64,000 bases of DNA. Origin: Lingula anatina. Its lineage: Eukaryota > Animalia > Brachiopoda. Under the pieces are notes generated by a model. That model searched no databases, was not told the origin of the DNA, and worked only from the letters and a program-made list of their open reading frames with translations. The stretch is taken from assembly GCA_051362555.1 (NCBI GenBank), contig CM120641.1, positions 18,538,001 to 18,602,000 on the forward strand, read 5' to 3'. The position numbers were made by a program, and so were the translations under genes. Shown here in pieces: positions 1 through 12,036 of the stretch. The stretch's first letter is position 1, and each line of letters begins with the position of its first letter.

Positions 1-740
1 GGTCTGTGGTGCAGCTGTATGGTTGATATTCAGATTGGCCATTCCTTGCAATGGGACCTAGAACCAAGTAAGTTTATGTTCATTTGAACATAAATTAACA
101 TCTCATATTTCTGGTATAATAACAAGCATATTTCTTTTCTAAATCAGTGATCTACAAAAACAACTATACATACAACCTTGCAAGCAGAATATCAATGTTT
201 ACAAGAAAATATCACCCCCTGCCGCCCACTAGACGCTTTGCCACAAAGGGAAATTCATAAGAACAGTTCATCACAAGAGATAAAGGTTACAACATCCATT
301 TACAGTACTAAGATTCAACGTTTTCTTTTCCAGAAAAACTTAAAACAAACTTGAATGCATGTTACAGTGCAGACTTATTTCATATCAATCAAAACAATCA
401 GCGAATTTGGTCGAGATATTTCTTGTATACTGCTGGAGTCATACAATTGCTCATTTCATTCAAAGGCACTGTTATCTGTGGAAAATACACTTTCTTACGC
501 CAGTGAAAGTCATTTAGAAAAGTTAGTAAGAATGTACATCAAAGGAAAAGCAATAAAAAATAGGAATCTTAAGTTAAAAGAAGTAACAAAACTATATACA
601 CTTGACCATTTATTGAAACAAAACAAGATATTGTACAGAAAATCTCAGAAATAGAAATAGAAATGAGCGCAAAATAAAATTACCCCAATAACCAAAGCTG
701 ATTCACATTCAGCATTCCCTCACTATCTTCTTGTCACACA

Positions 741-745
<5 letters not shown>

Positions 746-798
<53 letters not shown>
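746..798. repeat. (CA)n microsatellite downstream of the GORASP stop codon (probable 3' UTR)
   Basis: Run of about 26 CA units. Confidence 0.95.
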
Positions 799-799
<1 letters not shown>

Positions 800-863
800 T
801 TCCTTTTACACACTCACATACACTATGTCATCCCCCACCGAGCTGATTTGGTGGGCTAAGGTC

Positions 864-3619
864 TCACACATGGGCCACTTCACTAACTTTCTCCTCATTT
901 TCAGTCACCATGCCACTTTCAGTGTGATGCGGAGAAACATCTTCCAATGGATTTTCATTTTCTTTATCCTGCAGAGAATCGCCTTTACCCAGGATCTCCT
1001 CCTTTGTCACATTAAACATGACAAGGTCCTTTTCACTGGGAGAATGCTCAGAGTGACCATGAGTGTGGTCAGGCTGACCATGGTCAGTGGTGAGATTTAC
1101 CTCAGAGAATCCATCAGGCTTGGTGGTGAGGACAGGGTTAGTCGTGGCAGCTGAAGAAGGAGGGGGTGCTTTCTTCTCTCTCTGTTTCTGTTGCTCCACT
1201 ATCTGCGCTGTGGGTATCCTATGCAGGTAGCCATAGCCTATGTCGCAGCCCAAACTGAATTGAATGGATCACAATGTGATTAATGAGTGGAAACCGGAAA
1301 GCTAATTATATCTGATGAATTTCAATGAAAAGTGTGTTCACCTGGAAATACTCTAACAAGGTAGGGCTCCAACATACCTTTAGTTCAAAGAAATGAGTGT
1401 CAAGAGAAGTAAATCAAGAATTCCAAATATTGCGCTTTGAATAGTCAAGCCAGAATTTTGACCAAGATTAATACTAAAGTAAGTTACAAAATATCTTTCT
1501 GCCAAACTTGTCAACAGGTGGCAGCACAATGAACAACATATGGTACTTACCTTCCCTCTCCTCCCCATGCTCCATTTGCAGTGATTGATACTTCCCTACA
1601 CGTATCTGATTCCAGGTTGTACACATACAGCTTCAGTGGTTTCCCCTCATGGGACTCTATTAGTGTAAACAGATCTTCAGACTGAAGTCAAACAATATAT
1701 AAACACATAATTATTCATTGCATTATAACTAAAACGACCAAATGAAAAATGGCAGCTTATCCTTATTAGACATGTAGGCCACATTTCAAAAAAATCAGAA
1801 CACTTTTAGTTTAGGCATAACAACAATGTTCATTCTGACTTTAAGAGTTACAAAATGAGTGAATAAGAGGCAAAATAATGGAAAACTGATTTCAGCTGAC
1901 CCTAGGCTTGCTCATAATTAAATTCCTTTTTTTTCTTGATAAATTTTAGTCACAAATTGAAAAGGGCATGCATTTTATACTTTTTATGTCAAAGTTAAAG
2001 TTGTTCAGTATTTGGTTAAAATTAACTGACCTAGAATGAACCAAAGGATACTTTTTCACTTAGACTACTCACTTCATGTAGCACAGAGTCGGCACCTATG
2101 ATATAGTCTGTGTAAGGAATCAGACCAGCAGCTGAGGCTGGGGACTTGGGCTGAACCTCCTGAAGAACAAAATACAAAGAAAACAATAATGAATGCACTT
2201 CTAAAACAATAGAATATGACAAATGGATTTATATATAATGACAATACTACATACTAATAACTTAGTTTAAATGTTACTAGATAATTTACATACACATAAC
2301 TCTTCATAAATAAATCAAAACTTAGTTTCAGTATTCTTTGGACATACATATATTATTCTCTTTTTTTTTCAAAATAATAATGAAGGATAGTTAGAACTAC
2401 ATATTTCAAAAACTGATATAGTCTGAACTTACCAACACATGCCAAACATTTTCATTAGCTCCTTCAAATGAACAGAACCTTATGCTGACCCCTAGTAGCC
2501 CTTGTCCACCCCAGTCCTGGCTGGGAGTGATGGTCACTTCTCGGACCATCTGTGTCTTACTGCTGTACACCAACATTTTGACTGGCTTCTCCATGTTGGC
2601 TTTAAGCAGGTCCTTCAGAGTTTCATTGTCTTGGTTCTGGTTTAAATCATAACAAAGGCATTCCTTCTGTAAATTGTCTTTTTTTTTTTTTTTTTTTAAC
2701 AAACAAAGCAAAACTTTTTAATGTAAGAATATTATTGATGTAAATGCAGAGTCACTCCATGTTAAAATCATTTTAATAGTGAATCAGATCTATAAGATTA
2801 ATTTTTATATGAAACTACAGAATAAGACCATTTAGGGTTAGTGTTAATTTACACAAAAATATATCTATACTTGACCACAGCTTGAAGAGGATAAGTAAGT
2901 AAGTATATGAACTTACCAATCTTGTGTTTCCAATTGCAACAATAAAATCAAAGAAGGCTTCAAGTCCAGCCTTGTAACCAGGGGACCCTTCTTGAACCTG
3001 AAACAAAGGTTGCAGAGGCTTTTAAGTCATATCTTGGGCATGAAACGAAGCATTTGGCTTTAAATAACATTATGTGTTAACATTTTCATATGTATGCTGA
3101 CTAGATCTTATTTTAGTGCCACTTTGTTGCATGCATGTGATATTCCAGATGGCAAGACTGTTACAGTGTTAGGTGAAAAATATCACAAAACACAAATGCA
3201 AAAACAGGACCCAGTCCCAAAACTAGTTCACTCATTGCATATCAGAAGTCAATTGCATATGATCCATTTAGTTGTTCCAAATAAGGACACCGTGAAAACG
3301 TTGAATGCATCAGATACTAGAATAGCCCCCAAGACAGTTTTGTTGTAAACATGATAACCAATGCATATCATTTTGAAACATAAGCCCATTATTTTTTCCA
3401 GTTATATCACTTCAAAAAATGAAGTCTGGAAACTCTTAAAGCAACACTGTCTGTCCATTTAGAAATTTAACTCTGCCAGCTCAGCAAATGAAACATGAAC
3501 AACAACACAGCCGGCGCTGGCAACGATGCTAACTGAAATTTTGAAAGTGTACTTACTCTAAGAACGTGATAACCTTCCGTGCCCCCTCCCGGGATCTCAG
3601 CACTTTGTGATCCTCCCAT
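864..3619 (-). CDS. GORASP2: Golgi reassembly-stacking protein (GRASP55/65 family), complete, 6 coding exons, about 318 aa
   Basis: Exons 3619-3557, 2997-2917, 2636-2433, 2159-2073, 1681-1551 and 1254-864 are all GT-AG and phase-consistent. Translation starts [28 protein letters not shown] (Gly2 myristoylation site) and contains [27 protein letters not shown] and [20 protein letters not shown], the tandem-PDZ GRASP domain. The symbol is by closest family resemblance. Confidence 0.96.
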
Positions 3620-3880
3620 AGTTTAACTGTTATACTGCTGCCAAGACAAGGACTACAGAAAACTATGAGCCAAGAGAACCAGCTCGGTGCAGCCTCATTC
3701 AAGATGGCCGCCTACGTGGCAGCAAGTGCTCCTAAAATTATAGATGGCGCTCGCTGAAAGACGCTATTCGAGTGAGCAAAGTGAGAAAATATAACGCTAT
3801 TAACCCCTTTTAGCCCTCGTCATCAAAACGAACGGCAGCCATACTGGAGGGAGACCGGAATCGTCTGCTGCGCATGATCA
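3620..3880. promoter_or_regulatory. CpG-containing promoter/5' region of GORASP with YY1-like motifs
   Basis: CpGs are locally retained just upstream of the ATG. CAAGATGGCCGCC (about 3700-3712) and AGATGGCG (about 3741) resemble the YY1 consensus. Confidence 0.4.
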
Positions 3881-6844
3881 TGTCTACATGTACAATTTAG
3901 CATTTAATTTCTGTGTTTTCTTTGATATTAAACCGAGTAAAATGATGAATTACTGCAGGGTATATGATAGAGAGAAGATAAATAACTTTACAAGTGTTCA
4001 CAGACTGCCTGCAGTGGTAACAATCCAAGGTGTAGGGACGAAAACCGTAAACGGAGGAGAGACTGAGGAGTGGCTTTGAACCAAGACTCATCGGACAAGT
4101 AAAGGATAAAACTAATTTATTTTACAGCAAAGAATGAAGACCCAGCTGTGCAGCCTTTACCATAAAAGAAAAAAAGTAGAAAACCAATGACCGAGGTGTA
4201 TAAGATATGAGCGCACGTACACTGCATATTAGTAGTGCCCAAAAAGTCTTGGTGGAGAGTGTGTTGTAAAAACGTGTGGAAATACCCAGGCAGGGTTTCG
4301 ACTTTCATTATGAAGACTCACTTATTGCCTTGGGTGTAATTTGTTATCAGTTATGGTGCTCTTTGGATTTTATCTGCTGTCATCTACCTCTTTAATACCT
4401 GGTTAGCATTATTGTCAATTAGTGTCAAGGCTACAGTACAATGTACACAGCTCAGCTGGGCCAATTAAATCAATTACCTGTGTCATGTGTATTTGGAAGT
4501 AAGTGGCTTGATTTTAGATTTAGTGTAGTGTTAAGAGTAAATCTGTTTTGTAAGTATATATTCTAGCTCAGGTACCATTTAATTGAATGAACTTACTGAA
4601 ATGAATTTGAAAAATGTTGAATTCTGTGTTTTACAATGTGAATAAAAATAACTATTGTTACCTTTTTTTGTTAATTAACATTTAGGAAAATGATCTGACA
4701 TTTTCCCACCAAGCCACACTGAATGATTGGGTGCAAATAAATCTTGGTTATCCAAAAAAAAAAAAAAAAAAAAGGTGACAGGTACAAAAGGCAGCTAGAT
4801 GGCACACAAGGTAGAAGCAGCGAAAAAATATTCTTATATCTTTGTGACCAGCTGAGGAGACAGGATCTGAACATCAGGAGAGTGAAATTCAGTGCATGAC
4901 AGGAGTTATTTAATTGGATTTGTTTATTTATTTAATTGTTCATTTGTTGTTTTAAAGTTGTTATCCTGATAGCTTGCATACAACAAGGACAGGTTTTCTA
5001 TTTATTTAGAATTGTGAGCAGAAGCACAAGAAGAAATGAAAACACTTTTTCTTTCTCATATTTTTAAAGGCTAAATGGAAAAGTTTGCAAGAAATATAAA
5101 ATTTTGTATCGTGCACCTCCCACAGATGGTCTGATATGCAGAAACAGATGGCTGTTGTACATGTAGGTTGTGCATTTTTAAATTGCGACCACCAGTTGTG
5201 GAATTCTCCTAAATAAAATTACAAACTGCTTAGTAACACCATCTAAGGCCTTACATACCCACACAGCACATATCAATTGTGAGTCTTCAATCAAGCATTT
5301 CTCTAGACATAGATTAAAAATATACTAAACAGGTTCCTCAAATTATGGTGGCTTGATTCGACTTAATATGCTCATGTACATGTTGCATTGCATCATTGAA
5401 AGTATGGAAATATTTTTCATGTCAGTGTTATCAACCAAAAGGAAAGGGACCCTGATAATCTGTCATTGAATTGTGCAACAATGTTTTGCATTTTATGTTT
5501 ACTTTTATCCATACAAAATGTGCATTTTCCTATATTTTCAATCAAATAAAGATCAATTCATGAACTGACTTGTTGTTATGTTACATTGAATGTCATAAGT
5601 TTGAAAATTACATTGCTTCTGTGAAGGTCTGGACTAATAATAAAATGCTAACAATGTTGCTACTGTGAATGGTTGAATTCATGGTAAAATGTTGAACTCT
5701 CAAACAACAGTCATGTTACAAATACTTCCTAATGAACCAAAATGAGGCACAAGAATGCTGAAATAATTTCTGACAGCTTCATGATGTACAGTTAAATCAT
5801 ATCTGACAGCAATATTTCTTGTCACAACCCTGCATACTGTCTTCTTTGAGTCCGTAAGGGTTGATCCTGATAGTCAGCTCAAATTTCTCCTTATATCTAT
5901 CCTTCATGTAAAAAGTTGCTTCTATGAAAGGTTGAATATGATTACACAGTAAACTCTCTAAAACTATAACTGTTATTACCCAATGAACAAGAAAAATGAA
6001 GTACAAGATAACTGAACTAGATTCTGACAACATTCCACGATGTTGGGATACAGGGGTAGGTCAGGATTTCACGTCTTTGGACTGTCTTGAGTTTATATGG
6101 GTCGATCACGCTGATCAGCTGAAGTTTTCACATGTATATACTATTTTCCTTTTGGTGTACTTGATCACGATATGAAGATTATTTCATTTTATTTGGTTCA
6201 CCTATATTTACGCTACTATTCCCCGTCGTTCTTTCCCTCCAGAATGGCCGCTGGACGAGTGTTACGGAGCAAATATGACGTCACTGTAATCGGTTAATAA
6301 GACAGGACTCAAAATACGGGAATTGCAACGTCTTTGGTTGAAAATAAACAATTAATTTAGTGTCAGTTATGTGTTGACATTAATTTAAATGCGATATTTG
6401 GCAAGTTTTCAAAATAACATGTATAACATCAGGCCTACATATCACGTTGATATACGTTAACCTATTGAAACAACGTAACGTAGCTAACGTAGACTAAGAG
6501 ACGTCAGTGATACATGTATAATGCTTGATATTATCACAAGGCTTTCTTTGACAGATTTAAAAGACAGAATTCTATTTTCACCCTTTAAAGAAGAGTACTC
6601 ATCCGGGGTGTTTTGAATTTTCGAAACAAAGTTAGAAAACTTAAAAAGTTGGCTGAATTAGAGCGTAACGCTATTTACTGATTATGACGAAAACAATCAA
6701 ATTACGTCACGCGTGACATTGATTGCGACAACTAAACACTGGGCGGTGCATCGGGCTGTTAAGAGACCGTCTCGCTTTGGGTGTGTTTTTTAAGTTTGAC
6801 ATTGCAATTTGGAAAATATTTTTTATTCAAAAAGTATTTTTAAA

Positions 6845-7597
6845 ATGCCAAGAAGGACGCGGTTTTCTACCAAGAGGACGAGGTTGTCAGAGACAAAGAG
6901 TTACATTAACACATTACCTTCGGAGATACTAGTGCATATTGGTAGATATTTGGATACAGAATCTCTCACAAATTTAATAGAAACTTCACAAAAGTTTACG
7001 GAATTGGGACACGATGACTACCTTTGGAGAATCCACCTGAAAGTAAGTCTACAGCTTGTTCGAAAAAAAAAAAAAGATTTTAATAAAAAAATAGTGAATT
7101 TGTTTTCCAAAACAAGTAACTGACATTACATTTACAAATATACAATTACCGTAAAATAGCCTAAGATATAAAAGAAAACTTATTTTATGAAGGGAAAGAT
7201 GCCAACTGCAGTTGGATTCATCGACTGGGTCGGCAATACATCAACCCCAATGATGTCCTTGAAGACGTTCGCTGAACTAACACACAAAGTATCCTTCATC
7301 AACCAACACATTACCGAAGAAGAATACAAAAATTTTATTCGTCACCGCAATTCCATGTTGACCTGTATGTTCAGCTTTGATGAAGATGCGGCCACACCTT
7401 TCTGGCAGAGTCCAAAAGATTCATTTAATTACAGTTTTGCGCACGACATCTGGAATATACCTGTGAAAACTGTGTACAGTATGTATCTATCGGAAATTAA
7501 TTGAAAATACATTCAGTATGTGCTTAATCTTTGTTTATGGTTAGTAATAATGTAGTTAAGCAGAGGCACACATTGTGCATATTTGTCTATATTTTTG

Positions 7598-7656
<59 letters not shown>

Positions 7657-10600
7657 TTGGGTTGTATGTGAATGCTTAATTGCTGATTTTCCTTGGCTCA
7701 CCAAATGTATGTTTTCGTTTGTCCCAACTTGGACGAAAGTAACGTTTCACCAAAGGTCGCAACAAAATAGTTTTTGGCGTACTTTTCTCACTTCAAACAA
7801 TTTTTTTATTTGTTCGTAGAATTTTTTCACCATCCGTTTGTAACAATGCCCATCTTTATAGTCTAGCTTTTTATCTAACTTTGCCAACAGGACATTGCCG
7901 CGAAAGACGTGTGACGAGGCTGTCATGGAGTGACTGCAACATGCTGCACTTTACTATCACAGAAAACAGCCAATCACCTGAGTTCTACCAACACGCTCTT
8001 GAGTGCTTTGTGAAATGTAAGTTTTATTTTGAACCAAGAGAGCGCTGAATATGAAGTGTAAAGCGCGTGCTAACTACGACAAGTTTTCAAAATATCTGTA
8101 TTTACGCATATTTTTTAAAAAGTTAAACAACAATATACATTTTTTTTAAAGACCGCGTAGCCATATATTGCAGGGGCGGATTCAGAGATATTTTCTGACA
8201 GTCTTCCAAATTATCTTTGTTGATCCGTTCTTCATTTTTGACCGTCTTCCGACAGAAAAAATTGGATACCCGTCAATGTAAACTTGAAAATCTGACCGTC
8301 TTCCGGAAGACCCAGAAGACGCCCTAAATCCGCCCCTGTATTGCTAACTCGACGCGGGACAAATATACTGAATTAAATCTATTTGACTCAGAAAAAATAT
8401 CTCCGTTTCAGGCGCAGATGAGATCAATTCCTTGTACGAAAGGTGTAAGTCACAGATGACTATGAGACAATTCGCCAGACTCCTAGAACGCCATAGACGA
8501 CGTGGAAGTGCCATGTTTGAAGCCATGACCTCAACGCTAAAAAAAGGTGAGAAAGCATAGGGGCCTAATGCCTATTTTTGTCTAAATACGAGAATGATAA
8601 CATTGTATACAGTGGTTTGATTGAATAAAGCGAAGTTGACATAGAGCATTTGGTGAAAACTTTCGAAAGTACGATTTAAATCAGTTTCACGGAGGAATTT
8701 GTTACAAAAGCTGGGCGAATAACTCAGGCGCCCCATATGACATTTCATTCAAAATAGTGAAATAGGTAAAATAGTAAGGAATAGCTAGGAATTTAGAAAT
8801 ACGTATATTAAGAAACCGAGATTAATATTAATGTCACCAGTAAAACTTATCTGAATCATATCGAACAAAGTTAACGCATAATTATTTGACACAGGTTCCA
8901 TTGGTTTAATCGAAGACGAATCAGATAGTACAAATGAAAGGCGTCCCCCCACAATGGACACAATTATGAACCATATCAAATCAACGCATCCATATCTGGT
9001 GGAAAATGAGAAGGACGTTAACGAAGGCGGTATGTCCAAATCACTGGAATTTGCATTTCAAATTAGTACTAAGGTGGCCTTTCTCCTCGCCATCAGCTTT
9101 TCCATCCTTTTTTAAACATCAGTTTCAGTCCCGACGCGAACCGGCTTCATCATGTCTGTTTTTTTTTTTTTTTTTTTTTTAATGGATTCTCTCTTATCGG
9201 CGCGCATGCGTGATGAACCTTGCACGGATAATAGAACTGAAGTTCGGGAGCCCTCACCTGCAAATACGAAAGAGAATGAATGTTGTCGGTCTCCTTAAAG
9301 ACACAACCTCTACTGTTCAAGAATAACAGCAAAGCTATTTTAACATAATTGAAACTTGATCGGGAAAAAATTGGAACGAACTAAGCTTAATTAAGTCGTA
9401 TGTAATTTTTAAAGCTACAGCTCAAACTAGGTGCTACCGATTTGATAATATTACTTTAGAAAATATTCTCATCTTTATTACAGACGATATTGAAATATTT
9501 AATTTTTCGTAACTCTAGGGCTCTCGGGGTTGGTGAATTATGCCAACAAGTGCTCGATGATATACCTGCAGACCATGCAACGTTACTTTCAGTATTCTTG
9601 GGAAAAGAAGACACACACCGACCACCCAGATATAACGCTTCCAAGGTGAACTTTTTAAAAGAACACTCACAGATGAAATTGACAAAAAGGGGCAAAATAC
9701 TTGAAACGAATGGATATTTTTTAGAATATCCATTTGTTTCAAGTATTTTCATTAAAATGAAATCTAAGAAAAGCTATGACCAACAAACCTTTTTGGATTG
9801 TTATTGAGTTTGGGTGGAATAAAGCACAAATAGTTGTTTTAACAGTATTTTTTCCTATTTTTGGTGCCCTTTCCTTTTCACAAGTAACACTGCGAAGGCT
9901 CTGGTAACTGTTAATATGGCAGCGTTTTTCGTTTCACTTGTTACGGATATAATTCTAAAGCATCCAATCGATATTTTTAGGGCATTGTACACTTCATTTC
10001 TTTGGGAACTTAATGCTGTTGATCAGGATGCGTCCATCTGGGACAGTTCTGGACCACGCCTCGTTGACCAGTGGATGGACAGATTAAATGATGGCTGCAC
10101 TCCGGACATGCTGCTCAGAGAATTGACCGTTAGGCGCTACATTCGATCAAACACCAACGACGGACACTTGCTTTTTGACGAACTTTTAGACACCGTTGAC
10201 TCTTGCATGTGAGTTTTTCACATCTAACGTGGGCGGGAGATGAATATGAGTTCTAAGATAAATAAGATTATTTATCCCCCTTATTATAACCCATGTGATA
10301 AGGTTTGACTGTAAAGAAAGATACTAAAAATACATCTCTTCAAATTTCACTTTTTTATTTTGAAGAAAGATGACCCTTTTGTTTACCACACCTAACAGTA
10401 TCATACAATTTAGCTCATTCTACATGAATTGTACAGTATCAAAACGTTAAACTACCTTAGTTTTTTTACGTAAAATATTCCTTATTTTCAAGTGTCAGTA
10501 AATTTCTTTATTTTCTTTTGTAGTAATTACATCCAACTTGGCACTCGATTGGTGCTGCGCGACATTAGAAATTTCATAACCCGCAGACTGGCCGTATTCA

Positions 10601-11028
10601 GAGAATTTCAGGAGCTCAAAATTGAGAAAGTCCATCGCATCCAGCGTCAGTTCATGGACTTGGTCATCCCCAGCAGTTGTCTGTCGAACGTCACTGTGAC
10701 AGGTGATTTTTTTTTTGTTTGCTTGTTTTTTGTTGTTAAAATGAAGCGAGAGTCATCGGTAGCGGAAGACAGCGATAACAAGCGGACTTACGCGAATTTT
10801 CGCATACTTTTTTCTTTAAACAGTTCTCTGAATACAATATTTTAAAAAAGACTAAATAATTGTTTTGTTTTTGTTTTTTTAATTTCAGACGAACTTCCTT
10901 CTTTCCGAGCTTCCACTCTCATTGCCCAGTACGAACGTATGAATGAAATGTTTTCAACCTACATGCGCAATGGACGTCTGAAATCTTTACAAAGTCTACG
11001 TGCTCTAATGGAGAGAATCTTTAAGTGA
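6845..11028 (+). CDS. Orphan F-box protein, 9 coding exons, about 517 aa, C-terminal region unrecognised
   Basis: Exons 6845-7042, 7193-7478, 7891-8016, 8412-8546, 8895-9029, 9519-9645, 9981-10208, 10524-10702 and 10889-11028 are all GT-AG. Phases chain as 0,1,1,1,1,2,2,1 to give 1554 nt with no internal stop. Exon 1 encodes INTLPSEILVHIGRYLDTESLTNLIETSQKFTELGHDDYLWR, matching the F-box consensus. AATAAA at 11195-11200. Confidence 0.82.
7601..7652. repeat. (TA)n microsatellite in F-box gene intron 2
   Basis: About 26 TA units. Confidence 0.95.
8171..8338. mobile_element. 168-bp MITE with a 5-bp TSD (hAT5-like), copy 1
   Basis: TIR CAGGGGCGGATT...AATCCGCCCCTG, flanked on both sides by TATTG. 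Internal GAC(C/A)GTCTTCC repeats. A second, inverted copy lies at 58416-58583. Confidence 0.88.
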
Positions 11029-12036
11029 TTTTTGCTTGTATAAAAAGGACTCTTAAAACGCTAATAGTTTCTACGTAGGCCTATACATAAGAACGATGCT
11101 ATGTCTAATCTTAAAGAAAAAAACCTAGTGACGCCTTTCGTCTTTGTCTTTCTTGTTATCTATATTTGCTATATGATTCTATCCAATGGGTGAAAATAAA
11201 GATTCCAACATTTTTTATAATACTTGTTTTTTTTTTTTCTTAAATTATCTGTAAAACACATAAGCAGATTCTTAAGTAGACAGGTAAATACCGTAGTTGT
11301 GTCTTCATTAAAATTTCTTCTATACATTTAGTAAACACCTTTTCGATATTAAAGATCTTATCTAAATCATTTTTCTAATAGGCCTAGAGGAAATTATAGA
11401 TATTCAACATTTGTATCTAAAAAAAAAGGACATTTAATGTTTACTATTGTTCAAGAACGGATCTTCATGTTGGTGAACTTTCTTTCGTTTAGACTTGGAT
11501 CCAATATATATGTGTATATACTATAACGGGTAGGCCTACAAGGTTTACACTAGGCCTTCTCTGCCCAGTTAGGCCTACCAACCAACATTTTAGCCTACTT
11601 TTTTTTACATATGGCTGTAGGTCTATTAATCGGCATAAAAACATCCAGAAAGGTTTTTAAAAGCAAGCTATATATTGAAAATTTTCGATGTTTTATTATA
11701 TTATATATTAATAACTGAATAAAAAATATCCATCCCCATCCCACCCCACGCCATCCAAGCCCCCATCACACGGTTAGCACAAAATACGCCTTATTTTCTG
11801 GCTGACATCGTGTAGGCCTATAGATACCTTCTACCAGGGCCACAGATTGGCTTTCACTAGATATTCACAAATATATCTCTGATATATGATAGTAGTTTTC
11901 TGCACTGTGCGTCAGAGAAAAGCGCACATAATTAGCCTATCTGTGAACCTGTTAGAGGTAGTGTCGATTTTGATGCTTTAGTTGAGCCTCTGAGTGAAAT
12001 CATATGACTGTGTCACATGATTCTTGGTTGTTCAAA

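Noticed and set aside
355-654. 99-aa plus-strand ORF (and the 18310-18639 minus-strand ORF)
   Set aside because: They lie in AT-rich probable 3' UTRs and have no recognisable motif or splice structure.
1305-1340. CTGATGA...GAAA hammerhead-like motif (also CTGATGA at about 53056)
   Set aside because: No credible stems I, II or III; expected by chance.
7513-7819. ORFs with IYIYIY runs (also ERERER/LSLSLS at 54025-54229 and poly-L/poly-N at 28467-28986 and 41627-41854)
   Set aside because: These are translations of microsatellites. Only the embedded spectrin exon portions are coding.
9208-9245. TGATGA...CTGA C/D-box snoRNA-like motif in F-box intron 5
   Set aside because: The boxes are only about 30 nt apart and there is no terminal stem.
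9490-9807. 105-aa ORF (ALGVGELCQQVLDDIPAD...) as an F-box gene exon
   Set aside because: Splice phases of the neighbouring exons require the other frame (GLSGLVNYANKCSMIYLQ...) for 9519-9645.
6050-11560. Terminal inverted repeats or Helitron ends around the F-box block
   Set aside because: Only short partial matches (e.g. ATGAAGAT/ATCTTCAT) and no TSD, so boundaries cannot be supported.
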